Source of the DNA: a virus
Length of the DNA: 64,000 bases
Strand: one strand, 5' to 3'
Virus record (IMG/VR): IMGVR_UViG_3300009168_000004
Location: 11,336-75,335 of that record
Positions 38,201 to 46,835 of this stretch are shown one piece after another. How positions within the stretch are numbered: position 1 is the first letter of the stretch; each line of letters starts with the position of its first letter. Both the position numbers and the translations under genes were made by a program. The notes beneath the pieces are model-generated. The model was not told the DNA's origin. It worked only from the letters and a program-made list of their open reading frames with translations, and ran no database searches.

Positions 38201-38568
38201 CCGGTGGCGCCAGTCTCACCCGGCGGGCCCTGGTCGGCGGCGTCGCCGAACACGGTCGACTGGGCTGGCCCCAGGGTCCGGACCCGCAGAGGAGCGACGA
38301 TCGCCCCGTCGTTGTGCTGGAGGAAGACGAGGACCTGCTCCGACGGGTCGTCGTTGTACACGGTCACCAGCTCGACCGTCCGGAGGATGCCCGCCCCAGG
38401 CGAGGGCGACGCCACGACGGTGCCCCCGCCCGCGTCCGCGACGATCGTGTTGAGCCTCCCCGGCGTGATCGTGTCGTCGATGGTGGTCTTGTCGACCCAC
38501 GACGCGTGGACGCGCGCCGCCCTGTCGGTGACGACCTCCAGCGTGTCGCCCTCCTGGAGTATCAGCAT
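35239..38568 (-). CDS. Collagen-like fibre protein with two DUF4082-like domains and a Gly-rich C-terminus
   Basis: Long Gly-X-Y tracts; duplicated IH.G.G.P...LG..GDYYIDT....LYGPK; WGGGGGGG. Confidence 0.85.
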   Translation of the reverse strand: MLILQEGDTLEVVTDRAARVHASWVDKTTIDDTITPGRLNTIVADAGGGTVVASPSPGAGILRTVELVTVYNDDPSEQVLVFLQHNDGAIVAPLRVRTLGPAQSTVFGDAADQGPPGETGATGEQGASTSVFHYRADTSSVAMADPGTGKLRWNNTDQQAATMLSVDWITQDDFDLSVLLSLANTDDEFIIQDRDFALSNQVWRMTAPATNLADYFTVPVEFVSASGSGVFAANQAITVLLRTVGEKGDPGEPGAPGAPGPEGPQGPTGIDGATGPEGPEGPEGPKGDDGEPGLQGPAGADGSAGPAGPAGPAGADGVAGPPGADGADGSQGPKGDTGDVGPMGPEGPMGPEGPQGEPGTGGGDASIIIISDTAPVGAPVGALWWDSSIGVLFINYDDGDTIQWVETVAVPLGEAGPAGPEGPEGPAGADGAVGPAGPQGIQGVPGADGADGADGVDGAAGPAGPEGPEGPQGPQGIPGTGGGGGSGQTIHSGTGLPDDALGEGGDYYIDTDTDTLYGPKFEAVMLDPEFMLTEPPLWEFDPNPLVVGNEFIALVDGQVISAKFRRNPTSANTTRQLYLYDGTTGTLLGVTNATVETAGFDGWVSAAFPAPIPVVADQHLAIVASFDALAYAQTVAPVPTNPDAAVHFGIRMGVGDGPDVFPPSGYEAPYNYGTDLEWQYMSLGETWPVAIQATGAIIHDGVGPPASSLGLDGDYYIDTEGHALYGPKDTESALGAAHHIFPDAAVPSTTVEAANLRFGTVLLMNVDCQITHLRFYRSGAPSAVSTRQLFLYDFDFDVLIGTTVMTDESIGEGWVEAALEVPANVAAGTFICIARDDDNYFMTTPPPAAQYPDEVTYVLATYTTSGAGCPRTNYGEGNYFWQDVTMRVASDAWSVAIQGVLPGDGLLIGETIITASGEWSPSSDDVAFIVVEAWGGGGGGGNGGATTAGQVSTGGGGGSGGYARKRINSPTTQTVTIGAGGGGAAVGGTTTFGDLLTAGGGGGGTSGAGGAVSNIAGGAGGTSSGGDLNIAGAPGTWAVGSMTPTFVLPGVGGNAPMGGSGGKVGDYLVAGGGGQFPGGGGSAGYSVNENVGVLGGSGGSGGVIIKEYR

Positions 38569-41189
38569 CAGGTTGCCTCATCTTCGCTGTCGTCTTCGTC
38601 CTCAGTGATCCGCTCGAACTCTTTGATGCGGCCCTTCTCGTCGTGCTTCGTGACCGTCGTGATCTCCCGCCCGCCCCTGTTGACGATGGTCACGGGGACG
38701 GTGACGTGGATCGTCTGCTCGTCCTTCGGGGCGCGCTTGCTGAGGGCGGTCGCCGCGTCCTTCTGGGTCTTGAAGTTCCCGATCTTCCCGTTCTTGTCGT
38801 CGGCCCTCCACCTCACCGCCTCGCCCCGTCCCGACGCGACCGCACCCCCTGCGCCGCCGGACCTCTGCTCGTTCGTGACGACCTGCTTGACGGTGCCCAC
38901 CTTGGTGTTGCCCTTGTAGGCGTTGTAGGACTTGAGCTTGACCGGCGCCTCCTTGCCCAGGACCTTGGTCTCGCGGTTGTGGTCGGAGGCCTCGTACATG
39001 TCCAGGCCTGCGACCTGGCCGGCGAACTTGCCCTTCTCGGTGGTCTCTCCGACCTTGGGCGCAGCCGCTGCCGCCCCTCCGCCCCCGCCCGATCCGAACT
39101 GCCCGTTCTCTGCTCGCTCCTGGTTCTCGTTGTACTCGTCCAGGGCCACCTCGGGGACGTCGGTCTCGTTGTTGAAGCCCGTCATCTGGATCTCCTGGAA
39201 GACCTCGGGCCCGAGGACGATCTCGCCCCGGTAGGGCTCCATCTCGTCGATCTGCTCAGGCCCGTTGTAGGTGATCGTGACGTGCGGGTTGTAGTCCTCG
39301 TAGTCGTACGAGCAGCCCTGGTGCTTCAAGGAGGAGTGGCGCCAGGACAGGTCGGAGTTGCCGAAGGCGAGGACGACAGCCTTGCCGAACCTCTCGACGA
39401 TGCGGGGTCCGCCGGGGACGACGCGGATGTGCCCCTCCAGGTCCTGGCCCCAGGCCTCGCCCATCTTGATCCAGTCGACCGCCTCCTTCGAGTACATGAT
39501 CGTGACGTGCATCTCGGCCGGGGTGACCGTGGACTTGAAGCCCTGCGAGGCCGCCCAGTCGATGATGGCCTGCGCGTTCAGCACCCTGCGGTAGACGTAG
39601 AGGGGCTTCGGGGTCGCGTCGGCGAGGGCGTCCCGGACGGCGGCGTTGCCCGACGGGGTCCGCATCCTGTCCCTGCCCTTGATCCTGCGGCGCCGCTGGG
39701 CAGCCCGGAAGTCGTTGGCCGCCCTCTTGGCCGGGTCCAGGTTGCTGTTGGCGGGCTCGGGCAGATCCGCGTCTGGGTCCTCGGGGTCCACCTCGGCGTT
39801 CGGGTCAGCGTTCGGATCGACCACGGGCTCAGGTTCTGCGCGCAGACCCTCCTCGTGGTCTGGGTCGTCGAACTCCTCGATGATCTGCTCGATGCCTGGG
39901 TAGGTTCCGTCCTCGATGAGCTGCGCCTCCCTGGCCTTCTTGAGCACCACCGGGTCCAGGATCGCGGCATCCACGTCCACCTTGAACGTGTCGGCCTTCT
40001 TCTTCTCCAGGTCAGCCTTCTGCTCCGGCGTCATCTGCCAGAGGGAGTTCCACACGTAGAAGATCTCCTCGGGCTTGGAGCCGAGGGCGGACCGGATCAA
40101 GACTTCGTCCAGGCGCCAGAGCACCGGGGAGTCGTCGTTCTTCTGCTTCGAGGAGACCGAGTCGTAGTAGTTCCTGGTGTCGCTCTCGCCCGTCGCGCTC
40201 ATGCCCGCGGGGGACTGGCCGAAGAAGCGGGTCGCCGGGATGTCGGCTGCGCCGCAGACCATCAGGAAGTACATCTGCAGGATCTCGGGCAGGGACGCGA
40301 ACGAGGCCACCTGCCTCTGCCACTCCTCCTCCTTGTCGATCAGGAGCATGGAGTGCACGCCCTTGATGATGTTGGCGAGGCCGAACCGCTCGAGCAGGTT
40401 CCGCTCGTAGGTCCTGGATGAGATGTTCAGCGTCAGCCCTGGGATCTTGATGATGTCGATCTTCGACTCCGCCACGAGCTGAGCCACCGACGCAGTCACC
40501 AGGCCGCAGGACTTGATGGCGTCGGCGACGTTCAGCAGGACGGAGTCGCCCCAGGGCTGCTTGGTCGTCAGGACGTCCTGTCTCGGCATCCCGACGAAGG
40601 GGACGACGCGGCTCGGGTGGAAGCGGACCAGGGTGCCGTTGAACAGGGAGTGGCGCTCGTAGTAGGAGGGCTCACCGTACCAGGGCGAGGTGATGTCGTC
40701 GATCATGGGGCCAGGCGACACGTCCCAGCGGCTCACCGGGTGCAGGAACTCCAGGTCTCCGACCCTGACCGCCTCGATGTCCACCGGGGTCTCGTTGGAT
40801 GCGCCCTTGATGCCCATGACGATGCCGGCGCCCCCGTAGAGCCGAGCCTTCTGCTTGGCCACCTTCATCTTCTGCTGCAGGCCAAGGCGCTGCTCCTCCG
40901 CCTCGATCGCCGTGATCTCCTCCGGGTCGCCGGCCTGCCAGGACCGCCACTCCCTGGTGGCGTCCTCCGCCGGAATGTCGATGAGCTTCCGGGCGATCCA
41001 GTCGCCGCGGTAGGCCGCGTCGGCCTGCGCCTGGTCCATGTCCGGCATGACCCAGTTGACGCCGGTCATCTTGTCCTTGGCCGTGCCGAGGCCCGTCGCC
41101 AGGTTCTCCAGGCTGTCCCGCGCAGACTTCTGGCTCGGTGGGGGCTTGGATGCCCGACGGGTTGGTGCGGAAGCTGCTCTCTTAGCCAT
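38568..41189 (-). CDS. Portal protein (DUF1073-type) fused to an Acb1-like 2H phosphoesterase
   Basis: [24 protein letters not shown] and [28 protein letters not shown]. The C-terminal part carries MHVTIMYS and PHVTITY. Confidence 0.9.
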   Translation of the reverse strand: MAKRAASAPTRRASKPPPSQKSARDSLENLATGLGTAKDKMTGVNWVMPDMDQAQADAAYRGDWIARKLIDIPAEDATREWRSWQAGDPEEITAIEAEEQRLGLQQKMKVAKQKARLYGGAGIVMGIKGASNETPVDIEAVRVGDLEFLHPVSRWDVSPGPMIDDITSPWYGEPSYYERHSLFNGTLVRFHPSRVVPFVGMPRQDVLTTKQPWGDSVLLNVADAIKSCGLVTASVAQLVAESKIDIIKIPGLTLNISSRTYERNLLERFGLANIIKGVHSMLLIDKEEEWQRQVASFASLPEILQMYFLMVCGAADIPATRFFGQSPAGMSATGESDTRNYYDSVSSKQKNDDSPVLWRLDEVLIRSALGSKPEEIFYVWNSLWQMTPEQKADLEKKKADTFKVDVDAAILDPVVLKKAREAQLIEDGTYPGIEQIIEEFDDPDHEEGLRAEPEPVVDPNADPNAEVDPEDPDADLPEPANSNLDPAKRAANDFRAAQRRRRIKGRDRMRTPSGNAAVRDALADATPKPLYVYRRVLNAQAIIDWAASQGFKSTVTPAEMHVTIMYSKEAVDWIKMGEAWGQDLEGHIRVVPGGPRIVERFGKAVVLAFGNSDLSWRHSSLKHQGCSYDYEDYNPHVTITYNGPEQIDEMEPYRGEIVLGPEVFQEIQMTGFNNETDVPEVALDEYNENQERAENGQFGSGGGGGAAAAAPKVGETTEKGKFAGQVAGLDMYEASDHNRETKVLGKEAPVKLKSYNAYKGNTKVGTVKQVVTNEQRSGGAGGAVASGRGEAVRWRADDKNGKIGNFKTQKDAATALSKRAPKDEQTIHVTVPVTIVNRGGREITTVTKHDEKGRIKEFERITEDEDDSEDEAT

Positions 41190-42735
41190 CTGTGTTACCC
41201 CTGACCCAACTGAGCGATGTGTCGTAGTTGTAGGTCTTCTCGATCATCTTGTTGAAGGCGCCGGCCGAAGCGTCCACCTGGTCCTTGAACTGGCCCGACG
41301 GGAAGGCTTCGTGCTCGTTGATGAAGTCCCGGTTCCACTTCTTTCGCAGGAGCTTGACGTTGCCTGCCTGCACCGCAGCCGCGTAGGGCTCGGCCCGGAC
41401 CTCCTTCTTGCCGGTCACCCGGTCGATGAAGCAGAGGTGCCCGTGCAGGTTGGCGACCGTGCGCTGCGCGCTCTCCTTGCCGCCGGACCCCGGCTCCTGC
41501 TCCACGTAGACGACGGTCCGCTGGATGCTGTCGTCCAGCTCGGCCGTCGCCTTGATCTTGGTCTCTCGGGTGTAGGCGTCCCACTGGCCCCGGACGACGT
41601 CCTCGACGATCACGGTGCCGTCGGCCATCTGGTTCATGAGCACGCCCGCCGTGTGGGCGCCGCCTCCGGACGTGCCGGCCTTGTCCCAGTACCTGACCCG
41701 CTTCTTGATCTCGGACTGGGGGAACGAGCCGATGATGCGCATCTCCTCGATGGGGAACATGCCGCCGCCCTGGATGATCGGGTTCTGCTGATACAGGCTC
41801 TCCCACGAGACTTCGGTGTAGGTCTTCCGCTGCTCCAGGAGGAACTCCAGGGACTTGAACTCTGGGAACAGGGCCTCGCCGACGGACCGGGGCTCGCAGT
41901 TCACCCGGATCGACTCCTCGGTGGCGAAGGCCGGGTAGCGGAGGATGGTCATGTCGGGGAAGCGCTCGATCAGTCGGCCGGCGGGGTCGTCCACGTGCCA
42001 CCTGGTGACGGTCATGAGCATGCCCGCCCGGTCGTCGAACCGGGACATGAAGTCGTCCGTCATCCAGGACCAGGTCTTGTCTCGGATGGTCGGCGACTGC
42101 GCCTCGCCCCGGCCCTTGATCGGATCGTCGACCACGCCGAAGTCCAGCGACTTCCCGGTGATCTGCCCGTCGGGGGCGGTCGTGTTCTCGAAGTAGCCCT
42201 TGCGCCCGACGAAGTGCATCAGGTGGCTGTTCCGCTGGTACTGGCCCGCGTACTCGCCGCCGCCCTTCAGGGGCAGGATGCGCGTGTCCGGGAACGCCCT
42301 CTTGAAGCGATCGTCCTCGAACCGCCTCTGCAGCTCCGTGTTGGTCTTCGTGCCCAGGTCGCCCGAGTACGATGCGAAGATCGTCCGGAAGTCGGGCTCG
42401 TGCCCGTGGAACCAGGACACCCCGTCCTGCACGCTCCTGGACTTTCCATGTTGCGGCGGAGCCATCAGGAGCAGCTTCGGCCGGTGGCCGTTCTTCAGGC
42501 GGATGAAGAACCTCTGCAGGAGGCCGCTGACCTGGCGCGGCCACCAGCCGACCCGCATCTCGGGGTCCATCATCTTGCGGTAGGCGTACAGGTTCTCCCT
42601 GGCCTCCGCCGCTTGCAGGTCCATGATCAGGTCCAGGTCCTGCTGGGTGAACCTGGGGCGGTTGCGGCTGTCGTGCTCTGCGCGGGCGATGGCCTCCCTG
42701 ATCTGCTCCTTGCGGGGGTTGTGCGCGTCCATCAT
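41182..42735 (-). CDS. terL: Terminase large subunit
   Basis: Walker A PPQHGKS, Walker B VVDDPIK, TRWHVDD, YWDKA, EQEPGSGG and FPSG..KDQVDA. Confidence 0.93.
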   Translation of the reverse strand: MMDAHNPRKEQIREAIARAEHDSRNRPRFTQQDLDLIMDLQAAEARENLYAYRKMMDPEMRVGWWPRQVSGLLQRFFIRLKNGHRPKLLLMAPPQHGKSRSVQDGVSWFHGHEPDFRTIFASYSGDLGTKTNTELQRRFEDDRFKRAFPDTRILPLKGGGEYAGQYQRNSHLMHFVGRKGYFENTTAPDGQITGKSLDFGVVDDPIKGRGEAQSPTIRDKTWSWMTDDFMSRFDDRAGMLMTVTRWHVDDPAGRLIERFPDMTILRYPAFATEESIRVNCEPRSVGEALFPEFKSLEFLLEQRKTYTEVSWESLYQQNPIIQGGGMFPIEEMRIIGSFPQSEIKKRVRYWDKAGTSGGGAHTAGVLMNQMADGTVIVEDVVRGQWDAYTRETKIKATAELDDSIQRTVVYVEQEPGSGGKESAQRTVANLHGHLCFIDRVTGKKEVRAEPYAAAVQAGNVKLLRKKWNRDFINEHEAFPSGQFKDQVDASAGAFNKMIEKTYNYDTSLSWVRGNTDG

Positions 42736-43823
42736 CAGAATGCAAAGCTCACGTTGGTGGCTTCGACCTTGTCGACGTCGAGCGGGTCGTCCGGGTCCGT
42801 CTTGAACGTGATCGAGACCGTGATCGTGCCTGGCCCCCTCTTGGTCTCCCCCGTGTTGAAGGTCTTGTAGACCCCGGCCATCTCGTCCTCCGGGAAGCGC
42901 CCGACGTCGTCGTGGTCGACGTTCGGCGGGAAGAAGGCCGGGGCGCCTGCGTAGAAGTCGACGTCGGCGTTGAAGATGTCGTCGGTCGCGACGTCCTCGG
43001 GCTGAACCACCGGCCACGCCTCGTACCCCATGACCTTCAGGTACCGGGCGAACCAGAGCTTGCCCTCGTAGCTGGCCTTGCCGCCGATCGCCCCCGGACG
43101 GGACCAGGTCACGTCGAAGGTCACCACCTTCTGGCCGACGGCGACAGCGGCAGACTTGAGGGCGTCGTAGGCGATCCAGATCAGGCGCGTGCCCGGACCG
43201 ACGGTCTGGGTCTTGGACGCTCCGACCTCGTCGTGGCCGGCAGTCTCGGTCAGCAGGAAGATGTCCCAGTTGAAGCCGGCCAGGCCGATGTCCGTCGCGA
43301 TCGACATGGCGAGGACGTTCGAGTAGAGCGAGCTGGCATCGTCGGGCGCAGTGTAGTCTGAGCCGCCCGCTCCATTCCACGAGACTGTGAACGGCACCTC
43401 CTGCTCGCCGAACGGATCGAAGCCGGAGGAGCAGATCGCCCCGGTCAGCGTGTCGATGAGGACGTACTCACCGGCGTCGATCACGTGGAAGGTCAGCCCG
43501 GAGAAGACCTTCGACCTGGGGTCGGCCACCGCAGGGAACGCGTGGAACTTGTTGGGGGCTGCGGTGAAGGCGGGCACGGGGTCGGCTTCGCTGCCCGGAG
43601 GGGCAGACACCTTCTCTGGGAACGGGCCGTAGGCCAGGACGCCGTCCTGCCAGCCGAACCAGGGGAAGTCCGACTGCAGAGTGATGCGGACGCTGGGGTC
43701 CGTGCCCCCCGACGGGATGCTCGAGTCGACCTGCCCCATGCCCTGGACGAACAGCAGGAGATACCGGCCTCCGGGCCAGTTCACGTTCACCAGGTGCTGG
43801 GTGGGGTCGTGGGCTAGCGGCAT
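42735..43823 (-). CDS. Hypothetical beta-rich protein
   Basis: MPLAHDPTQHLVNVNW start; TGATG coupling on both sides. Confidence 0.7.
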   Translation of the reverse strand: MPLAHDPTQHLVNVNWPGGRYLLLFVQGMGQVDSSIPSGGTDPSVRITLQSDFPWFGWQDGVLAYGPFPEKVSAPPGSEADPVPAFTAAPNKFHAFPAVADPRSKVFSGLTFHVIDAGEYVLIDTLTGAICSSGFDPFGEQEVPFTVSWNGAGGSDYTAPDDASSLYSNVLAMSIATDIGLAGFNWDIFLLTETAGHDEVGASKTQTVGPGTRLIWIAYDALKSAAVAVGQKVVTFDVTWSRPGAIGGKASYEGKLWFARYLKVMGYEAWPVVQPEDVATDDIFNADVDFYAGAPAFFPPNVDHDDVGRFPEDEMAGVYKTFNTGETKRGPGTITVSITFKTDPDDPLDVDKVEATNVSFAF

Positions 43824-44500
43824 CAGCGTGCAGTCCGGCCGAAGGTTCGCTTTGGGAGGTAGCTGTCGGCCCCTGGGGGCTTGCGGAGGGGCTGGACGCT
43901 GGCCCGGTGGTGATACGGGCAGTAGGCCAGCGGACGCGCTCGGCTGGCCCCTGAGGCCCGTGGCGCGTCGCACACCAGCCCGTCGGGCATCGGCCACTGG
44001 CAGCGATCGCCCTCGGGGACGGTGGCATCCCCTGCCGAGGTCGCCATCGGACCCTCGAGGCTGGCGGCTCCCTTGGTTTCCTTGGACTTCGGAGGCCTCA
44101 CCTGGTCGATCTGCATGGTCCTGGACACAAACACGGTGGTGTTCCCCATCCCCATGTTGACCCTGCCAGCCCGAGGCTCAGGTCCGGTCTGAGTGTCCTG
44201 GGACTTGTAGTTCGCCTTGGCTCTGACCCTGCTGATCTGACGCATCTTCACGTCCATCCGCACGCCAGTTGCCCTGCCGGCGGTCCTCGGATACTTCTTC
44301 TGCAGGTCGAGGCGGTGGATCTTGCCCCCGACGGCAGAGATCGTGAAGGTGACACAGGAGCGGGGGAACTCCGCCCGCATCGCCTTGACGATCTTGGCGA
44401 TCGTCAGGTAGGCCCCGCGCGTGCCCGAGTACAGGAGCTCGAGGTGCGCGATCTCCTGAGAGGTCCACCTGCTGTTCGGGGAGTCGGTCTTTGTCATCAT
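43823..44500 (-). CDS. GcrA-like cell-cycle regulator
   Basis: WT...I..L..L...AVGGKIHRL N-terminal HTH and C-terminal CQWP...C...YCPYH..S.QP. Confidence 0.75.
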   Translation of the reverse strand: MMTKTDSPNSRWTSQEIAHLELLYSGTRGAYLTIAKIVKAMRAEFPRSCVTFTISAVGGKIHRLDLQKKYPRTAGRATGVRMDVKMRQISRVRAKANYKSQDTQTGPEPRAGRVNMGMGNTTVFVSRTMQIDQVRPPKSKETKGAASLEGPMATSAGDATVPEGDRCQWPMPDGLVCDAPRASGASRARPLAYCPYHHRASVQPLRKPPGADSYLPKRTFGRTAR

Positions 44501-44784
44501 CAACAGAAGTCTCGTTTTGTTGCGTACAAGTTTAACGACCAATCCTCATGGTCTTTCTACGTTGACAGCATTCTCGTTTTCCTGACAGCAATTGCATCCT
44601 TCTGTTCTCATGACCTTTCTACGTTGACAGGAACTTCGTTTTGGAACCAGCAATTGCATCCTTCTTTTCTCATGACCTTTTGGGGTTAACAGAAATCTCG
44701 TTTTCCGCGTTGCAATTGCATGCTTCAGTTCTCATGGTCTTTTGGGGTTGACAGAAATCTCGTTTTGACCCGTAGAAGTTTAAC
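44499..44784. repeat. 62-bp-period array, block 1 (5 copies)
   Basis: Unit starts at 44499, 44561, 44623, 44685 and 44747. Confidence 0.95.
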
Positions 44785-44789
44785 TGATC

Positions 44790-45083
44790 CTGTGAGCCAC
44801 ATACGCCGGGTGTGTGCCTCATCGGCCGGCCAGTGTGCCGGATGTGTGGCCAGAGGTTCAGGTGTGAGCCGCATACGCTAGCAGTGTGCCTCATCGGTCG
44901 GTTCCCCGACAGGTGTGTGGCCAGAGGTTCAGGTGTGAGCCCTCATTGCCAGGTGTGAGACTCACAGGCGCGGACGGGATCTTGTGCGACGGGTGCAGAT
45001 CCGATGTGTGGCTCACTGGCCGGGTTGTGAGGCTCACTGCTCCGCTGTGGTCCGGATGTGGGGCGTGTGTGCCAGGTGTGTTG
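44790..45083. repeat. TG-rich repeat region, about 71-72-bp period
   Basis: TGTGAGCC at 44791, 44863 and 44934; duplicated GTGTGGCCAGAGGTTCAGGTGTGAGCC; GTGAG-N-CTCAC palindromes at 44955 and 45027. Confidence 0.8.
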
Positions 45084-45307
45084 GTCAACAGAAGTCTCGT
45101 TTTAGTCCGTACAAGTTTAACTTCCATTCCTCATCTTCTGCCAACGTTAACAGGAACTTCGTTTTGATCCAAGCAATTGCATCGATCAGTTCTCATCTTC
45201 TGCCAACGTTAACAGAAATCTCGTTTTAGCCGACGCAAGTTTACCGATCTTTCCTCATGGTCTTTCTACGTTAACAGAAATCTCGTTTTATTCAGTGCAA
45301 GTTTAAC
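45084..45307. repeat. 62-bp-period array, block 2 (4 copies)
   Basis: Unit starts at 45084, 45146, 45208 and 45270. Confidence 0.95.
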
Positions 45308-45650
45308 TGCACTCCTCCCGGAAGCGCCGGCAGTTGCCCTGGCCTCGGTCCCCGCGTTCGTCCTTGAACATGCAGGCGCGGCGCAGCCGCTCGCAGCGGC
45401 CACCTCTACCACCGCCACCAATGATGTCGCCGATGCCCCCAATGACGCCGCCGCCGCCGCCGCCTCCCCTTCCACCGCGCTCATCTCCGCACTGCTCTCG
45501 GAAGCGCCGGCAGTTGCCGTCGCCCCGCTCGCCCAGCGAGTCACGCATCAGGCAGGCTTGGCGCAGAGATCGGCAGTCTTGTGCCTCGACGAGGGTCGGG
45601 ATCAGCCCGACGGTTGCGAGGGAAGCGGCGATCAGGAGTGCCTTGAGCAT
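45303..45650 (-). CDS. Secreted Cys-rich small protein with an internal duplication
   Basis: Signal peptide MLKALLIAASLA...VEA; two C..LR.AC......G.RG.GNCRRFRE.C units joined by a Gly linker. Confidence 0.8.
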   Translation of the reverse strand: MLKALLIAASLATVGLIPTLVEAQDCRSLRQACLMRDSLGERGDGNCRRFREQCGDERGGRGGGGGGGVIGGIGDIIGGGGRGGRCERLRRACMFKDERGDRGQGNCRRFREECS

Positions 45651-45667
45651 TTGGTTGTTTCCCCTTG

Positions 45668-45951
45668 GTTGACAGAAATCTCGTTTTGGAACCAGCAAGT
45701 TTACCGATCCGCTCTCATCTTCTGGTGACGTTGACAGAAATCTCGTTTTATTCCCAGCAAGTTTACCGACCGATCCTCATCTCTCTTCAACGTTGACAGA
45801 AATCTCGTTTTGATCAGTGCAAGTTTACCGATCAATCCTCATGGTCCGTTGGGGTTGACAGAAATCTCGTTTTGATCGGTAGAAGTTTAGCTTTCAGCTC
45901 TCATCTTCTGCCAACGTTGACAGAAATCTCGTTTTCCTGACAGCAAGTTTA
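45668..45951. repeat. 62-bp-period array, block 3 (5 copies)
   Basis: Unit starts at 45668, 45730, 45792, 45854 and 45916. Confidence 0.95.
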
Positions 45952-46425
45952 ATCATCCTCGCCTGTCGTCTGGAAGGCTTCGTCCTCGATCTCAGTAAAC
46001 TCTGCGTCCACGACCGACGGGTCGTCGGGCAGGGATGGGTCGTGCTCGATCAGGGTCGGCGGGCGGTAGCCCCGGTCCAGGAGCTGCTGCCTGAGCTGGG
46101 CGGCGGTCATCTTCGGGCCGCCGTCTGCGCCGACCGCCGCAGCCGTGATCGTCGCATCGACCTGCTTGGGGATGATCTTGCCGACGAGCGGACCGAAGAT
46201 GTCGGGCTTCTTGCGGGACAGCCACACCAGGTAACCGATCGCTCCGTCCTTGCCCTTCCCGTCTGACCCGCTCTTGTGCATGGCGTCGATCACGAGCTCT
46301 TGGACGATGCGCCCGTTCTTGTTGGGAATGCCCTTGCGGGTCTTCGTGGCCTTGTCGCCCTTGTGGAGCGGCTTGAGGCCCCGGTATTGGGGCAGGTCCA
46401 GCTTCGGAGATCTTGATCCGGCCAT
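45949..46425 (-). CDS. Terminase small subunit (probable)
   Basis: RKGIPNK, G.DG.GKDG.IGYL and F..LVGKIIP; first gene of the packaging region. Confidence 0.65.
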   Translation of the reverse strand: MAGSRSPKLDLPQYRGLKPLHKGDKATKTRKGIPNKNGRIVQELVIDAMHKSGSDGKGKDGAIGYLVWLSRKKPDIFGPLVGKIIPKQVDATITAAAVGADGGPKMTAAQLRQQLLDRGYRPPTLIEHDPSLPDDPSVVDAEFTEIEDEAFQTTGEDD

Positions 46426-46549
46426 CCGACACCAAATCTAGTTGTTTGACGGACCGATGAAGGAACCGAACCTGGGCGTCGACCTGGCCGAGCGACGATA
46501 GGGGCCGCTTCCGGACCTTTTTCGAAACCACAAACTCCTATTAGGAACG

Positions 46550-46835
46550 TTCGCTGGACCCACCGGACCCGACGGTCTGGACGGGGAGGGGCTCCCTATA
46601 CTGCTCCTACCCTTATTTTAACCCCTTTTCCCCCCTTTCCTACCCGACGGGACAGCATATTCTCACACACACACGTGCAAAGAATATCCGTCCAGGCGTC
46701 CAGTTCCTCGGCTAACCATCTTGTAATCAAACAATTTTTTGATAGGACGCGTCACTGGACGCCTGGACACGAAAATGGCGGCACCCGTTTTCTGATCTGG
46801 ACGGCCCGACGGGTGGAGGACGGGTCCGGACGGGT
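46550..46835. other. Probable replication origin
   Basis: Multiple TGGACG/CGTCCA iterons in both orientations around AT-rich and pyrimidine-rich tracts, directly downstream of the primase-helicase. Confidence 0.5.

Noticed and set aside
42736-43380. N-terminal extension of TerL in the ORF track (similar extensions on the ATP-grasp, DUF2213, distal tail and other genes)
   Set aside because: The extensions overlap upstream genes in another frame and are Arg/Pro-rich noise; coupled downstream starts fit better.
44670-45229. Small ORFs across the repeat region
   Set aside because: They are translations of the repeats; the 62-bp period breaks frame and codon usage is atypical.
44499-45951. Canonical CRISPR array
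   Set aside because: The 36-nt repeat has a variable 8-nt core, the 26-nt spacers share CTCAT and recur, and no cas operon is present.
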